Assembly: GCA_038143065.1 (NCBI GenBank)
Contig: JAYQLI010000035.1
Location: 1,696,894-1,760,893, forward strand
From: Rhodospirillales bacterium
Lineage (GTDB): Bacteria > Pseudomonadota > Alphaproteobacteria > Bin95
Direction: 5' to 3'
DNA: 64,000 nt
Shown: positions 34,001 to 43,675 of the stretch, piece after piece
Position numbering within the stretch: position 1 is the stretch's first letter
Layout: every line of letters starts with the position of its first letter
Program-made: the position numbers and the translations under genes
The notes under the pieces: generated by a model
Told to the model about the DNA's origin: nothing
The model's input: the letters and a program-made list of their open reading frames with translations, nothing else
The model's database searches: none

Positions 34001-34889
34001 GAAGGTTCGCGCTGGTAAAAGCCTTAAGCCTGCCACTTGGCCAAATGGCGCGACTTGCGCTGTAGCACTCTCATTCGACAGCGACCATGAAACCTCCACA
34101 CTGCGCTGGGGAGACAACTCACCGGGATGGCTCTCAGGCAATCAGTACGGAGCCCGGCGCGGTGTACCGCGCATCCTTGAACTCTTAAAGCGCCACGATA
34201 TTCCCGCAAGCTTCTACGTACCCGCCGTCACAGCAATGCTACACCCGGAAGAGCAGCGCAGGATCATTGGCGAAGGCCACGAAATTGGGATCCATTCTTG
34301 GATCCACGAAATGAATGCGTCTCTCCCGCCAGAAGCAGAACGCGACATACAAATGCGCGCCGCTGACAAACTGGAAGAAATTGCAGGTGTTCGACCCGTA
34401 GGCATTCGCACACCCAGTTGGGATTTCAGTCCCGTCACGCTTGCCATTACAAGGGAAATGGGCCTCCTCTACGACTCGTCTCTCATGGCAGACGATGACC
34501 CGTATGAACTGGTGGAGGATGGCGAACCCACAGGCATTGTTGAGATCCCAGTTGAGTGGATCAGAGACGACATGCCCTACTTTGGCATGGATTTTCGCCG
34601 CTACTCCCGGCCACACACACCACCAAGTTCAGCTTTAGATATTTTTAAAGCAGAATTTGATATGGCCAAATTTGAAGGCGGACTATTCCAACTCACAATG
34701 CACCCTCACATCATTGGACACAGAAGTCGCATGATGATGCTGGAAGAGTTGGTGATGCATATAAAGGCGAGCGGCCCAGTTTGGTTTGCCACTCACGCTG
34801 ATATAGCTCGCTATTGCAAGGAACAAGCAGGCTTTAGAAAATCTGCAGAACCCAAGTTCTTAAATTCTAAGCCGTATCCTGAAGAATGA
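33942..34889 (+). CDS. Polysaccharide deacetylase (PuuE/HpPgdA-like) family protein
   Basis: Likely GTG start at 33942; WPNGATCAVALSFD, GHEIGIHSWIHE, GIRTPSW, YDSSLM, TMHPHIIG. Confidence 0.88.
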   Translation: MSDDQLPWQWPEETWRPIVEKVRAGKSLKPATWPNGATCAVALSFDSDHETSTLRWGDNSPGWLSGNQYGARRGVPRILELLKRHDIPASFYVPAVTAMLHPEEQRRIIGEGHEIGIHSWIHEMNASLPPEAERDIQMRAADKLEEIAGVRPVGIRTPSWDFSPVTLAITREMGLLYDSSLMADDDPYELVEDGEPTGIVEIPVEWIRDDMPYFGMDFRRYSRPHTPPSSALDIFKAEFDMAKFEGGLFQLTMHPHIIGHRSRMMMLEELVMHIKASGPVWFATHADIARYCKEQAGFRKSAEPKFLNSKPYPEE

Positions 34890-36464
34890 ATTCTGATCCC
34901 TTCTCCGCCACCATAATAACGGGCGCATTAATGTTGCCCGAAGGCATAGTCGGCATCACGGAGGCATCAACAACGTAGAGCCCGTCCAGGCCCCTCGCCT
35001 TCAGCCTGTCTGACACAACTGCCATTTTATCGGTGTCTGGCCCCATCTTACACGTGCCCATGACATGATAAGTGGTGGCACCAGTCTGATGAGCATATTC
35101 AAGAATTTCATCATCGGACTGAACACCAAATCCTGGAGCAAATTCTTCTTTTCGATATTTGGCAAAGGCCGGTTGATCAAATACTCGACGCACTTCTCTA
35201 AAGCCGCCAACGAATGCTGCTCGATCAATGGGATCGGCAAGAAAATTTGGCCTGATAGCCGGATGTGCCGTCGGGTCAGGCGACTGGATATGAATTGAGC
35301 CTTGGCTTTCTGGCCGACACTGGTACACGCCAATTGTCATGCCTGGCTCCTTGTGAAATTCACGGGTGATCGCGTCAAAGGAACCGTGCGCAAAGAAAAA
35401 CTGGCAATCCGGCGTATCCAGCTCAGGGCGACTTTTGACAAAGCCATGACCAATCCCGGCAGTCCACGTGAATATCCCGCGGCGCGTTAAGAAGTACTTC
35501 AATGCTTCTTTCACGAGGCTAAGACCGCGCGTTTGCTCGTTGAGTGTGATGCGCTGCGTTGTTCGCCAGCCAATGCGCGCGGCATAGTGATCGCGGTAAT
35601 TTTCACCGACGCCCATAAGCTCATGATTAACCTCTATGCCTTGAGCTTTTAAAATGTCTGGCCTGCCAATTCCTGAAAGTTCCATTAATTGTGGTGACTG
35701 CACTGCACCGCAGGCAAGAACGACAGATTTACCGGCCATCACTTCGCGGACCTTACCACGCTGACGGAAAGATACGCCCGTCACGCGTTTGCCCTCCATT
35801 ATGAGCCGTTCAGCAAACGCATTAGTCTCAACTGTAAGGTTTGGACGTGACCGCGCTGGCTCCAAAAATGCTCTAGCCGTTGACCAGCGGCGACCATCCT
35901 TTTGCGTCACTTGATAATAGCCAAAACCCTCTTGATCCTTGCCATTGTAGTCAGGGTTTCTCGGTACCCAGCCTCGACACCAGCGTCAACAAAAGCATCA
36001 ACCATTTCATGGCGCTCATACATGTCAGCTACATTCAATTCGCCAGATCCGCCGCGAACCTCATCACCGCCCCGCTCAAATGTTTCTGATTTCTTGAAGT
36101 AAGGAAGGACGTCTTCGTAACCCCAGCCTCGATTTCCTAGTTGAGACCACGTGTTGAAGTCGATTGGGTTACCTCGAACATACAGCATCCCATTGATTGA
36201 AGAAGAACCACCCAGAACCTTACCACGCGGGATTGTTACGCGGCGGCCGCGCGTACTTTCTTCCGCCTCAGTCTCGAAATTCCAGTTAAGTTTTGGGTGA
36301 AACAAAAGTTTCTGAAAACCTACAGGTATGTGGATCCACATATTTTTGTCCTCTCCGCCAGCTTCCAGCAGAAGGACTTTGTTTTTGGGGTCGGCGGACA
36401 AACGATTAGCAAGGACGCAACCCGCAGATCCAGCACCAACAATAACGTAGTCGAATTCACTCAT
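34867..36464 (-). CDS. GMC (choline dehydrogenase-like) oxidoreductase, frameshifted near 35958
   Basis: [57 protein letters not shown]. Confidence 0.9.
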
Positions 36465-36582
36465 ATCAAACTCGTAAAATAGAGAAATCAGTAATTAAGT
36501 ATGCACACGATAATGCCCGCTCGCCAACGGCCAAAAAAACGATCAAAATTATTCAAAAGAAATTGGAAGGGAGATTCGTACA

Positions 36583-37635
36583 ATGACACAAGCAAAGGCA
36601 TCACCAAGCGACGTAGAAGCCCGCATGAAGCCTGTCGATCAGGCGTGGCTCGATAGCGGCTTGGAAGATGTGCTCGAGCCTGATCTCCCAATTATAGATC
36701 CTCACCACCACCTTTGGGATTTTCGCAACTATCGTTACATGATCGATGAAATTCTTAACGATACGGGATCAGGCCATAACGTCAGATCTACAGTCTTCAT
36801 TGAATGCACAGCCATGTGGCGCCCGAAGGGTTCGTGCCCAGACCACATGCGGCCCATAGGTGAGACTGAATATGTAAACGGCATTGCAGCCATGAGTGCC
36901 AGTGGTCGTTATGGCGAAACTCGCGTAGCCGCAGGCATCGTATCGCATGCTGACCTTATGCTCGGCGATGGTGTTGAAGAGGTTTTAGCCGCGCACGATA
37001 ACGCGGGCGGTGGCCGTTTTCGCGGGATCCGGTATTCTGTCTCTCACGACGATGCGCCTGAAATCCATAACTCCCACACAGGCGCTCACAAAGACGCCCT
37101 TCAAACACCTGATGTTCAGGCGGGTCTCCGCAAGCTCGGCGACATGGGACATACATTCGAAGCTTGGATGTACCACCCACAACTTGAAAATCTTTCCATC
37201 TGCGCAGATGCAGCCCCCAATACAAAAATGGTTTTGAACCATTGCGGCGGCCCTCTTGGAATTGGACCCTATTCTGGAAAGAGCGCAGAGGTATTCCCGA
37301 TTTGGAAAGCCAGCATTCAGGAAGTCGCCAAAAGACCTAATGTCTACGCAAAACTTGGCGGGTTGGGCATGGTCATAAATGGCTTTGATTTCCAAAACCA
37401 AGCGAGACCGCCTTCCTCCGAGGATTTGGCAAAGAACTGGCGTCCATATATTGAAACGCTTATCGAGGCCTTTGGTCCTGACCGGTGCATGTTTGAGTCT
37501 AATTTTCCAGTTGATAAGATTTCTGGCAGTTATCGAACCTATTGGAATGCTTTTAAACGCCTAGCCGCCGGGGCAAGTGACAATGAGAAAGCCGCACTTT
37601 TCCACAATACGGCGAAGAGCTTCTACCGACTTTGA
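36583..37635 (+). CDS. Amidohydrolase family 2 protein
   Basis: PIIDPHHHLW, VLNHCGGP, FGPDRCMFESNFPVD. Confidence 0.9.
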   Translation: MTQAKASPSDVEARMKPVDQAWLDSGLEDVLEPDLPIIDPHHHLWDFRNYRYMIDEILNDTGSGHNVRSTVFIECTAMWRPKGSCPDHMRPIGETEYVNGIAAMSASGRYGETRVAAGIVSHADLMLGDGVEEVLAAHDNAGGGRFRGIRYSVSHDDAPEIHNSHTGAHKDALQTPDVQAGLRKLGDMGHTFEAWMYHPQLENLSICADAAPNTKMVLNHCGGPLGIGPYSGKSAEVFPIWKASIQEVAKRPNVYAKLGGLGMVINGFDFQNQARPPSSEDLAKNWRPYIETLIEAFGPDRCMFESNFPVDKISGSYRTYWNAFKRLAAGASDNEKAALFHNTAKSFYRL

Positions 37636-37690
37636 GTGAAAGACATCCTCTAGCTAAAGCAGCAACAATATTTCTACGTTCAAATCGGGG

Positions 37691-38302
37691 ATGAAGGTAT
37701 TCAATTTTTTTTCAATAGTGATCTTGTCTTCACTATTAACGCTAGCCGGCTGCACCCTTGAAGGGCTTGGCTCTGGTTCTGAACTAGTAAAAATGAAGCC
37801 CCTTCACCTTGCCAATCCAGCATCAACTTACTGCTTGGAAAAAGGAGGAAAGGTATTTTTTGAGCAAGATAAGAACGGAGCTAGGCATGGGATTTGCATC
37901 TTTGAAGACAACCGCCAATGCGAAGAATGGGCATTATTTCGTGATAGTTGCCCAATAGGCGGCATTAAGGTCACGGGCTACTCTTCATGGGAAGAAAAAT
38001 TTTGCGCCATTCGCGGCGGTAAACCTTTTGGTCCAAATTGCCTTCTTCCCGAAGATATTAATCTGTCAAAAGCTAAATTGGTGAATTACCGCTGCTCCGA
38101 AAAGAAAGGAGTATCGATAGCGTGGTCGGAAGATACAGCCATCTTATTTTCAGATCAGAAAAAACTGAGTTTCCGTCGCGCCATTTCTGCTTCGGGCGCT
38201 AGATACACCAACGATGGTAGGCAGCTATGGTCCTACAGAAAGAACGTGATGCTGTCTGATGGCTCAGACAAATCGGAAGAATGTATTCCCGCTAATGATT
38301 AG
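37691..38302 (+). CDS. Lipoprotein with DUF333 domain and C-terminal MliC-like domain
   Basis: Lipobox LAGC; ANPASTYCLEKGG...CEEWAL (DUF333); YRC...AISASGARY...LW (MliC-like). Confidence 0.75.
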   Translation: MKVFNFFSIVILSSLLTLAGCTLEGLGSGSELVKMKPLHLANPASTYCLEKGGKVFFEQDKNGARHGICIFEDNRQCEEWALFRDSCPIGGIKVTGYSSWEEKFCAIRGGKPFGPNCLLPEDINLSKAKLVNYRCSEKKGVSIAWSEDTAILFSDQKKLSFRRAISASGARYTNDGRQLWSYRKNVMLSDGSDKSEECIPAND

Positions 38303-38800
38303 TCGAAAACCTCATTAGGCAGAAAACCCCAAACAGAGCTGCGAGAGATCCATCCAGAGATATCTCCCTTGCGAGCTTCGCACCACTGCGGCTCACATTT
38401 TTTTGCTCTGAGGACGACGCCCTTCTCAACAAAAGCCTCCACCCGAGCATCTGACTTGCCCTTTGATAATAAAGGTGCTCGAGATGCAGTAACGTAGAGA
38501 GTGCGCGCTCCGCTCAGCAGTGGTGCATAAAGCCACCCCCTCTCACCATCATATAATTCAACTTCTCTCCACTGTTCCTCTTCATCGACAATCATTACTG
38601 GCATGCTGGCGCGCATAAGGCGCCACCGAACAGGATACTGGCCACCTGGCCCCACACGAAGATTTGCTTCATTTGCGCGAATTGATACGTATCTCGGAAT
38701 AGGGAGATTTGTGACTTTACCTACAAGGGGTCTCTTGAGCCGTCCCAGGGCCGGCGAATAAAACACCTAATAAAAACACAGCAAACGAGCGACTAATCAT
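38299..38800 (-). CDS. Exported bacterial SH3 domain protein, frameshifted near 38730
   Basis: LPIPRYVS..EANLRVGPG..YP, WREV...GWL, WC....GWI..VWG. Signal peptide MISRSFAVFLLGVLFAG begins at ATG 38800, overlapping the fbiC stop. Confidence 0.82.
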
Positions 38801-41241
38801 GCGCGCTCGTATTCCTTAGCAGCCCTATTAATAATCGGCGCCAATGGTGCCGCTTGCCGGGCGCGCTGTTGCTGGCTCTCAGGAGGAAAACCGTAGAGGG
38901 TTGCGCGCTGGCGGATTGGCCGCCCAATTCCGTAGGCTACTGCCTCCATGGCGTGGGGAGGCATCTCTTCGCCGTGGGCCGCGCCTGCAGCTCTTGTAAT
39001 ACTCTCATTCATGAGCGTCCCACCAATATCATTGGCACCCGCTTTGAGGGCAGCTGCAACACCTTCACTGCCAAGCTTTACCCAACTCGCTTGAATATTG
39101 GAGAACCATGGGAATAAAGCCAAACGAGCGACGCTATGCATTAGTATAGCTTCGCGGAATGTTGGCCCCATCCTGGCTAGCCCCTTCAGGTAGATGGGAG
39201 CTTCCTCCGCAACAAATGGAAGGGGTACTAATTCCGAAAACCCTCCACTCTCACTTTGAGCCTGACGAAGGCGCAGTAGGTGTCGTGCCCAATGCCTGTA
39301 ACTTTCCATATGCCCAAACATGATGGTCGCAGTTGAGCGGAGACCTATTTCATGAGCCGCGCGCATGACACCGAACCACTCTGCCGTATTCAGTTTGTCG
39401 GGACAAAGTGTTGCGCGAACCTCATCATCGAGAATTTCTGCAGCCGTACCCGGAAGAGTTCCAAGGCCAGCTTCCTTCAACATCAGAAGGAATTCTTGAA
39501 TAGGCATCCCCAGGGTCTCTGCCCCCTGCTTCACTTCCAGTGGAGTAAAAGCATGCACGTGAATATCAGGAGCTGCCGCTTTGACCGCCTCAAGAATATC
39601 TAGATAAGTTTTTCCAGTGTAAGCCGGGTGAATACCACCTTGGAGACAAACTTCAGTGGCGCCTCGTTCCCACGCTTCAGCTGTACGCCGACCAATTTCA
39701 TCAAGATCAAGAACGTAGGGCTGCCCTCTTAGGTTTTCAGTCAGTTTTCCCTTTGAGAAGGCGCATAATTGGCACTTGAAATAGCAGACGTTGGTGTAAT
39801 TGATATTGCGGTTTACTACATACGTCAGAGTATCACCCGATACTTCCTGACGAAGTGCATCTGCAGCAGCAGCTACAGCACTGAAGGCATCTCCACGAGC
39901 CTCGAAAAGTTCTTCAGCCTCATCCTCAGAGAGCATCCGATCCGCAAACGGCTTATCGAGGATCCGCGCCAAGCGAGAACCTATAATTGGGGCCTTGCGA
40001 GCCGCCAACAAATCTAAATCTTCTTTCGGAGCATCCGGTGACTTGCCCGTAACAAAACCATCAGTTCTTGCATAACCCTGTCCATCCATTGCTCTGCGGA
40101 CGGCAGGAGCTAGCTTGGCATCAATCCAGCGCGCAGCATCGACTGCATATGATGGATAAACCGTAAGTCTTTCAACGAGCAATTTACCGGCGGCGGCGGT
40201 TTCATCGGCAAGGCGCTGAAGGTGTGGCCAGGGAGCTTCAGGATTTACAAAGTCCGGTGTTACGGGTGATACGCCGCCCCAATCATTCACTCCTGCAGCG
40301 ACAAGGCGCACTAAACCGCCTGGAGAAAGATTAGGAGGCGCCTGGACACTCATTTGGCCGCCAAGAATTAGTCGAGCAACTGCTATAGTCCAGGCGAGGT
40401 CGTCGAGATCTGGTTCAGGCCAATCACGCATCTTGGTGTCAGGCTTCGCGCGGAAGTTTTGAATAATAACTTCCTGGATATGGCCGTACGCCTCGTGGAC
40501 CCGCCTGATTTCTAAGAGTGCTTCAATGCGCTCTACTCGTGTTTCACCAATGCCAATTAAGATGCCTGTGGTGAAGGGAACAGAAGCTCGGCCAGCTGCT
40601 TCCAGCGTTTCAATTCTAGCCATTGGACGCTTATCAGGAGAGCCATAATGCGGCATTCCCTTTTCAGTAAGACGCTCGGAAAGGCTCTCGACCATAATTC
40701 CCATAGAGGCAGAGACTGCGCGCAGCGCGCCCAAGTCTTCATCCGTCATTAAACCCGGGTTGAGGTGAGGAATTATACCCGTTTCCTCAAATACCAACTT
40801 CGCCATTGCCGCCAGATATTCAAGGGTCGTCGCATAGCCGAGCTCAGCCAACATCTCACGAGCGGCCCGATACCGAAGTTCCGGCTTATCACCCAGAGTA
40901 AAGAGAGCTTCCTTGCACCCCTGTGCCGCCCCAGCTCGAGCAGCTTCCAAAACCTGGTCAGGGGTCATAAAGACCGCCTCCCCCTTCTTGGGAGGCTTTG
41001 CAAACGTGCAGTAATGACAGACGTCGCGACACAAGTGGGTAAGGGGAATAAACACCTTACGGCTGTAAGAGATCTTATCCCCCCAATGAGCATCGCGAAG
41101 AGAAGCAGCAGCGGCAGTGAGGGGGATTAAGTCCTCTGCGCTAGTATCGGCCAAGACCAATGCCTCATCAGCGTAGAGCCTTGCTCCACCTGCAGCAGCA
41201 GCAATAATTTCGTCTAATGAGTGGTCCATCGGCGACGTCAA
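38797..41241 (-). CDS. fbiC: Bifunctional FO synthase (CofG-CofH fusion), F420 biosynthesis
   Basis: Two radical-SAM motifs, CRDVCHYC (ISYSRKVFIPLT...GCKEALFTLGDKPE) and CYFKCQLC (TYVVNRNINYTN...PGTAAEIL); GVNDWGGVSPVT. Confidence 0.95.
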   Translation of the reverse strand: MTSPMDHSLDEIIAAAAGGARLYADEALVLADTSAEDLIPLTAAAASLRDAHWGDKISYSRKVFIPLTHLCRDVCHYCTFAKPPKKGEAVFMTPDQVLEAARAGAAQGCKEALFTLGDKPELRYRAAREMLAELGYATTLEYLAAMAKLVFEETGIIPHLNPGLMTDEDLGALRAVSASMGIMVESLSERLTEKGMPHYGSPDKRPMARIETLEAAGRASVPFTTGILIGIGETRVERIEALLEIRRVHEAYGHIQEVIIQNFRAKPDTKMRDWPEPDLDDLAWTIAVARLILGGQMSVQAPPNLSPGGLVRLVAAGVNDWGGVSPVTPDFVNPEAPWPHLQRLADETAAAGKLLVERLTVYPSYAVDAARWIDAKLAPAVRRAMDGQGYARTDGFVTGKSPDAPKEDLDLLAARKAPIIGSRLARILDKPFADRMLSEDEAEELFEARGDAFSAVAAAADALRQEVSGDTLTYVVNRNINYTNVCYFKCQLCAFSKGKLTENLRGQPYVLDLDEIGRRTAEAWERGATEVCLQGGIHPAYTGKTYLDILEAVKAAAPDIHVHAFTPLEVKQGAETLGMPIQEFLLMLKEAGLGTLPGTAAEILDDEVRATLCPDKLNTAEWFGVMRAAHEIGLRSTATIMFGHMESYRHWARHLLRLRQAQSESGGFSELVPLPFVAEEAPIYLKGLARMGPTFREAILMHSVARLALFPWFSNIQASWVKLGSEGVAAALKAGANDIGGTLMNESITRAAGAAHGEEMPPHAMEAVAYGIGRPIRQRATLYGFPPESQQQRARQAAPLAPIINRAAKEYERA

Positions 41242-42266
41242 ATTCCAGATCGAACAGCCGGGAAAACTTCCTCGGCCAACAATTGCATTTGGTCCAATAC
41301 CATAGACTGCGGCATCCCAGGAAATTGGACGCCGAAGACAAAGTGATTAACACCAAAATTGCGCACGATGTCTATAATTTGATTCGACACTTCTTCTGGA
41401 GAGCCAAAGAGGAAACGGTCCTTAACTAGCTCATCAAATATAAGGCCAAGATTATCGTCACCCTTCGGCATAACCTTATCCTGACCCCATTCGTGATAAG
41501 CGTCGTATTTTGCCTTTAGAAAGGGTTCTGCCATGCGCATTGCTTCTTCTCTGCTGCGCGCAACCACGACCTCACGCATCATTGGAAAGTCTTCAGGGAG
41601 ATCACTTTTACCCGCATCCTCCAGAGCCTTTTTGTAAACATCCATCTGACGGGCAATGGTATCAATTCGGTTGTGAGGGTTTACAAACCAAGCATCAGCA
41701 ACTCGCGCAGCTCTAATGATTGCCTTATCTGCATTAGCTCCAACCCAAATTGGCGGCATAGGCTTTTGTAGCGGCTTTACTGGACAGCTTGCATCTAACA
41801 AGTTGAAGTGACTGCCCTGCATGGTGACTTTTTCTTCAGTCCACAAACGCTTCACAGCTTCAAGGTTTTCCTCCAAGCGCTGGCCCGCGCCCTTCATCGT
41901 CGTGCCGAAGGCCTGAAACTCAACTTCTCGGTAGCCCACGCCAACGCCAAAAATTAATTTACCTCCTGACATGACGTCGATATTTGCAAATGTTTCCGCC
42001 ACATCGAGCGGCTTATGTAGAGGCAAAAGAACAATGCCCGCACAAAGTCTTAGATTTGGTGCCTCCGCCATAATTCGCGAGAGAAAGGGTACTTGCTGAA
42101 AATCCAGGAGTGGGTAGGCAGAATAGTGGCTGCCCTTCATTAAGGTGTCGAAGCCCAGCTTGTCTGCCAAACGGGCCTGCTCACAAGCTTCCTGGAAACG
42201 AGCGTACATATCGTCGCCAAGTGGGTTTTGGCCGCGATTGAAAAGGCTGAAACGAATATTGGACAT
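41238..42266 (-). CDS. Luciferase-like (LLM class) oxidoreductase, possibly F420-dependent
   Basis: ADKLGFD, LLPLHKPLDVAE, GVGVGYR..EF, KPLQKPMPPIWVG, FGSPEEV; lies between cofC and fbiC. Confidence 0.85.
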   Translation of the reverse strand: MSNIRFSLFNRGQNPLGDDMYARFQEACEQARLADKLGFDTLMKGSHYSAYPLLDFQQVPFLSRIMAEAPNLRLCAGIVLLPLHKPLDVAETFANIDVMSGGKLIFGVGVGYREVEFQAFGTTMKGAGQRLEENLEAVKRLWTEEKVTMQGSHFNLLDASCPVKPLQKPMPPIWVGANADKAIIRAARVADAWFVNPHNRIDTIARQMDVYKKALEDAGKSDLPEDFPMMREVVVARSREEAMRMAEPFLKAKYDAYHEWGQDKVMPKGDDNLGLIFDELVKDRFLFGSPEEVSNQIIDIVRNFGVNHFVFGVQFPGMPQSMVLDQMQLLAEEVFPAVRSGI

Positions 42267-42294
42267 AGCTTAAAGCCCCCGGGTCCTGATTTCT

Positions 42295-42972
42295 CTATGA
42301 TTGCAGGGACGAGATACGTTTTGCAATCCCATTAGACCGTGCATAAGTAATACCCCTACTAACCCGGCCAACCTCTAATGCTCGCCCTAGGTCTTCTGGC
42401 GTATCCACATCTATCGCAATACCAATTAAATCTTCAATAATATTAGGAACAACTCCAGCTTTAGCAGCTTCAGCAAGGTGTGGCTCGAAGCTTACATGGC
42501 CAAAGTGCAAAGAAATTAGGTCGCCCGGAGTGAGAACCAAGCAGTTTGACCCTCTTCGCGCATGGTCCGGCGCAATGGACATAGCAGGTCGGGCTTTAGG
42601 ATGCTGAGCAATCATCAAGTCGATTTCAGATGACGTCACGAGAGGCACATCGGCAGGAAGCGTTAAGACCCCCTCGGCGCCTTCCTCCTTTAACAATCGA
42701 GCAGCACGCTCAACGGCCTCCGATTGGCCAATGTTTTCCGGCTCCCCTTCCACGCGCGCACCATAACGCTTTGCCAGCTCCGAAGCGGAGGGATCGTTGG
42801 TCAGCACTAATGTTCCGGCAAGGCCAACGGCGCCTGCAGCTGCAGCCAAAACATCCTCTGCCATCGCTTGAAATAGTCCTTGTCTTTCCTCCGGCGTAAG
42901 TACGGGGGCAAGACGCGTCTTAGCGTTTACAAGATCCTTGATAGGGATGACGCACCAGATACCATCACTCAT
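42295..42972 (-). CDS. cofC: Phospholactate/PEP guanylyltransferase, F420 biosynthesis
   Basis: VIPIK...AKTRLAPVL..EER, LPADVP, GSN, FGHVSF..H, DVDTPEDL. Confidence 0.9.
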   Translation of the reverse strand: MSDGIWCVIPIKDLVNAKTRLAPVLTPEERQGLFQAMAEDVLAAAAGAVGLAGTLVLTNDPSASELAKRYGARVEGEPENIGQSEAVERAARLLKEEGAEGVLTLPADVPLVTSSEIDLMIAQHPKARPAMSIAPDHARRGSNCLVLTPGDLISLHFGHVSFEPHLAEAAKAGVVPNIIEDLIGIAIDVDTPEDLGRALEVGRVSRGITYARSNGIAKRISSLQS

Positions 42973-42976
42973 TCAA

Positions 42977-43270
42977 TTATCCGAGACTTAGTGGTGGAGG
43001 TGGTGCACCCCCAATAATAGAGTAGACGAAGTAGGCGTAAGCAGCGCCAGCCAAAAGATTAATCATCAAATAGGCCTTACGCACATCGGCTACTTCTACA
43101 GGCCCCGAACGGGCCTTAAAAATTGCCCACATTTTTGTAAGCGGACCCACTGAAAACATCTGACATCCGAAGGCCAGCAATGCGACCTTAGGGCCCCACG
43201 TATTGTAGGCAATCGCGGCAGGAAGTGCCCACACAAGGATGCGCAGGCCCTTGAATAGTTCTTCACTCAT
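42977..43270 (-). CDS. Small hypothetical membrane protein
   Basis: Start MSEELFKG overlaps the upstream stop (ATGA); 2-3 hydrophobic segments. Confidence 0.65.
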   Translation of the reverse strand: MSEELFKGLRILVWALPAAIAYNTWGPKVALLAFGCQMFSVGPLTKMWAIFKARSGPVEVADVRKAYLMINLLAGAAYAYFVYSIIGGAPPPPLSLG

Positions 43271-43572
43271 GCGCCCTCCACCGCCAATCTGATCCACTCG
43301 GCAAGATCTTCCTCCAGCTCGTGACCTGCTGGAGACACACTAATAATACCCGGTATATCCGCCTCTCCCATCGGGTCTATTCTATTACGAGCGAGCGCTT
43401 CAGCTGCCGCATCAGGGGACATACGAAGAACAAGTTGGTCGTTGACCACGCCCGCGCACATACGCCCATCCAAATAAAACATTAGACCGCCAAATAATTC
43501 TCGCTCACTTGGCTCACCATAGGAAGACATTGCGCGCCGCACACGTTCAACGAGAATATCGTCATAAGGCAT
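43267..43572 (-). CDS. TfoX/Sxy N-terminal domain protein
   Basis: MPYDDILVERVR...ERELFGGLMFYLDGRMCAGV...L.LR...L.EWI. Confidence 0.8.
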   Translation of the reverse strand: MPYDDILVERVRRAMSSYGEPSERELFGGLMFYLDGRMCAGVVNDQLVLRMSPDAAAEALARNRIDPMGEADIPGIISVSPAGHELEEDLAEWIRLAVEGA

Positions 43573-43675
43573 AAACAGTTCGTCCCCCGAATATCAGTCA
43601 GAATTTCTGTTTTCTGCTTGGAATATACCCAAATAAAATTTGAAATGATGAATAATTAAAAAACATAAGGTGCGA

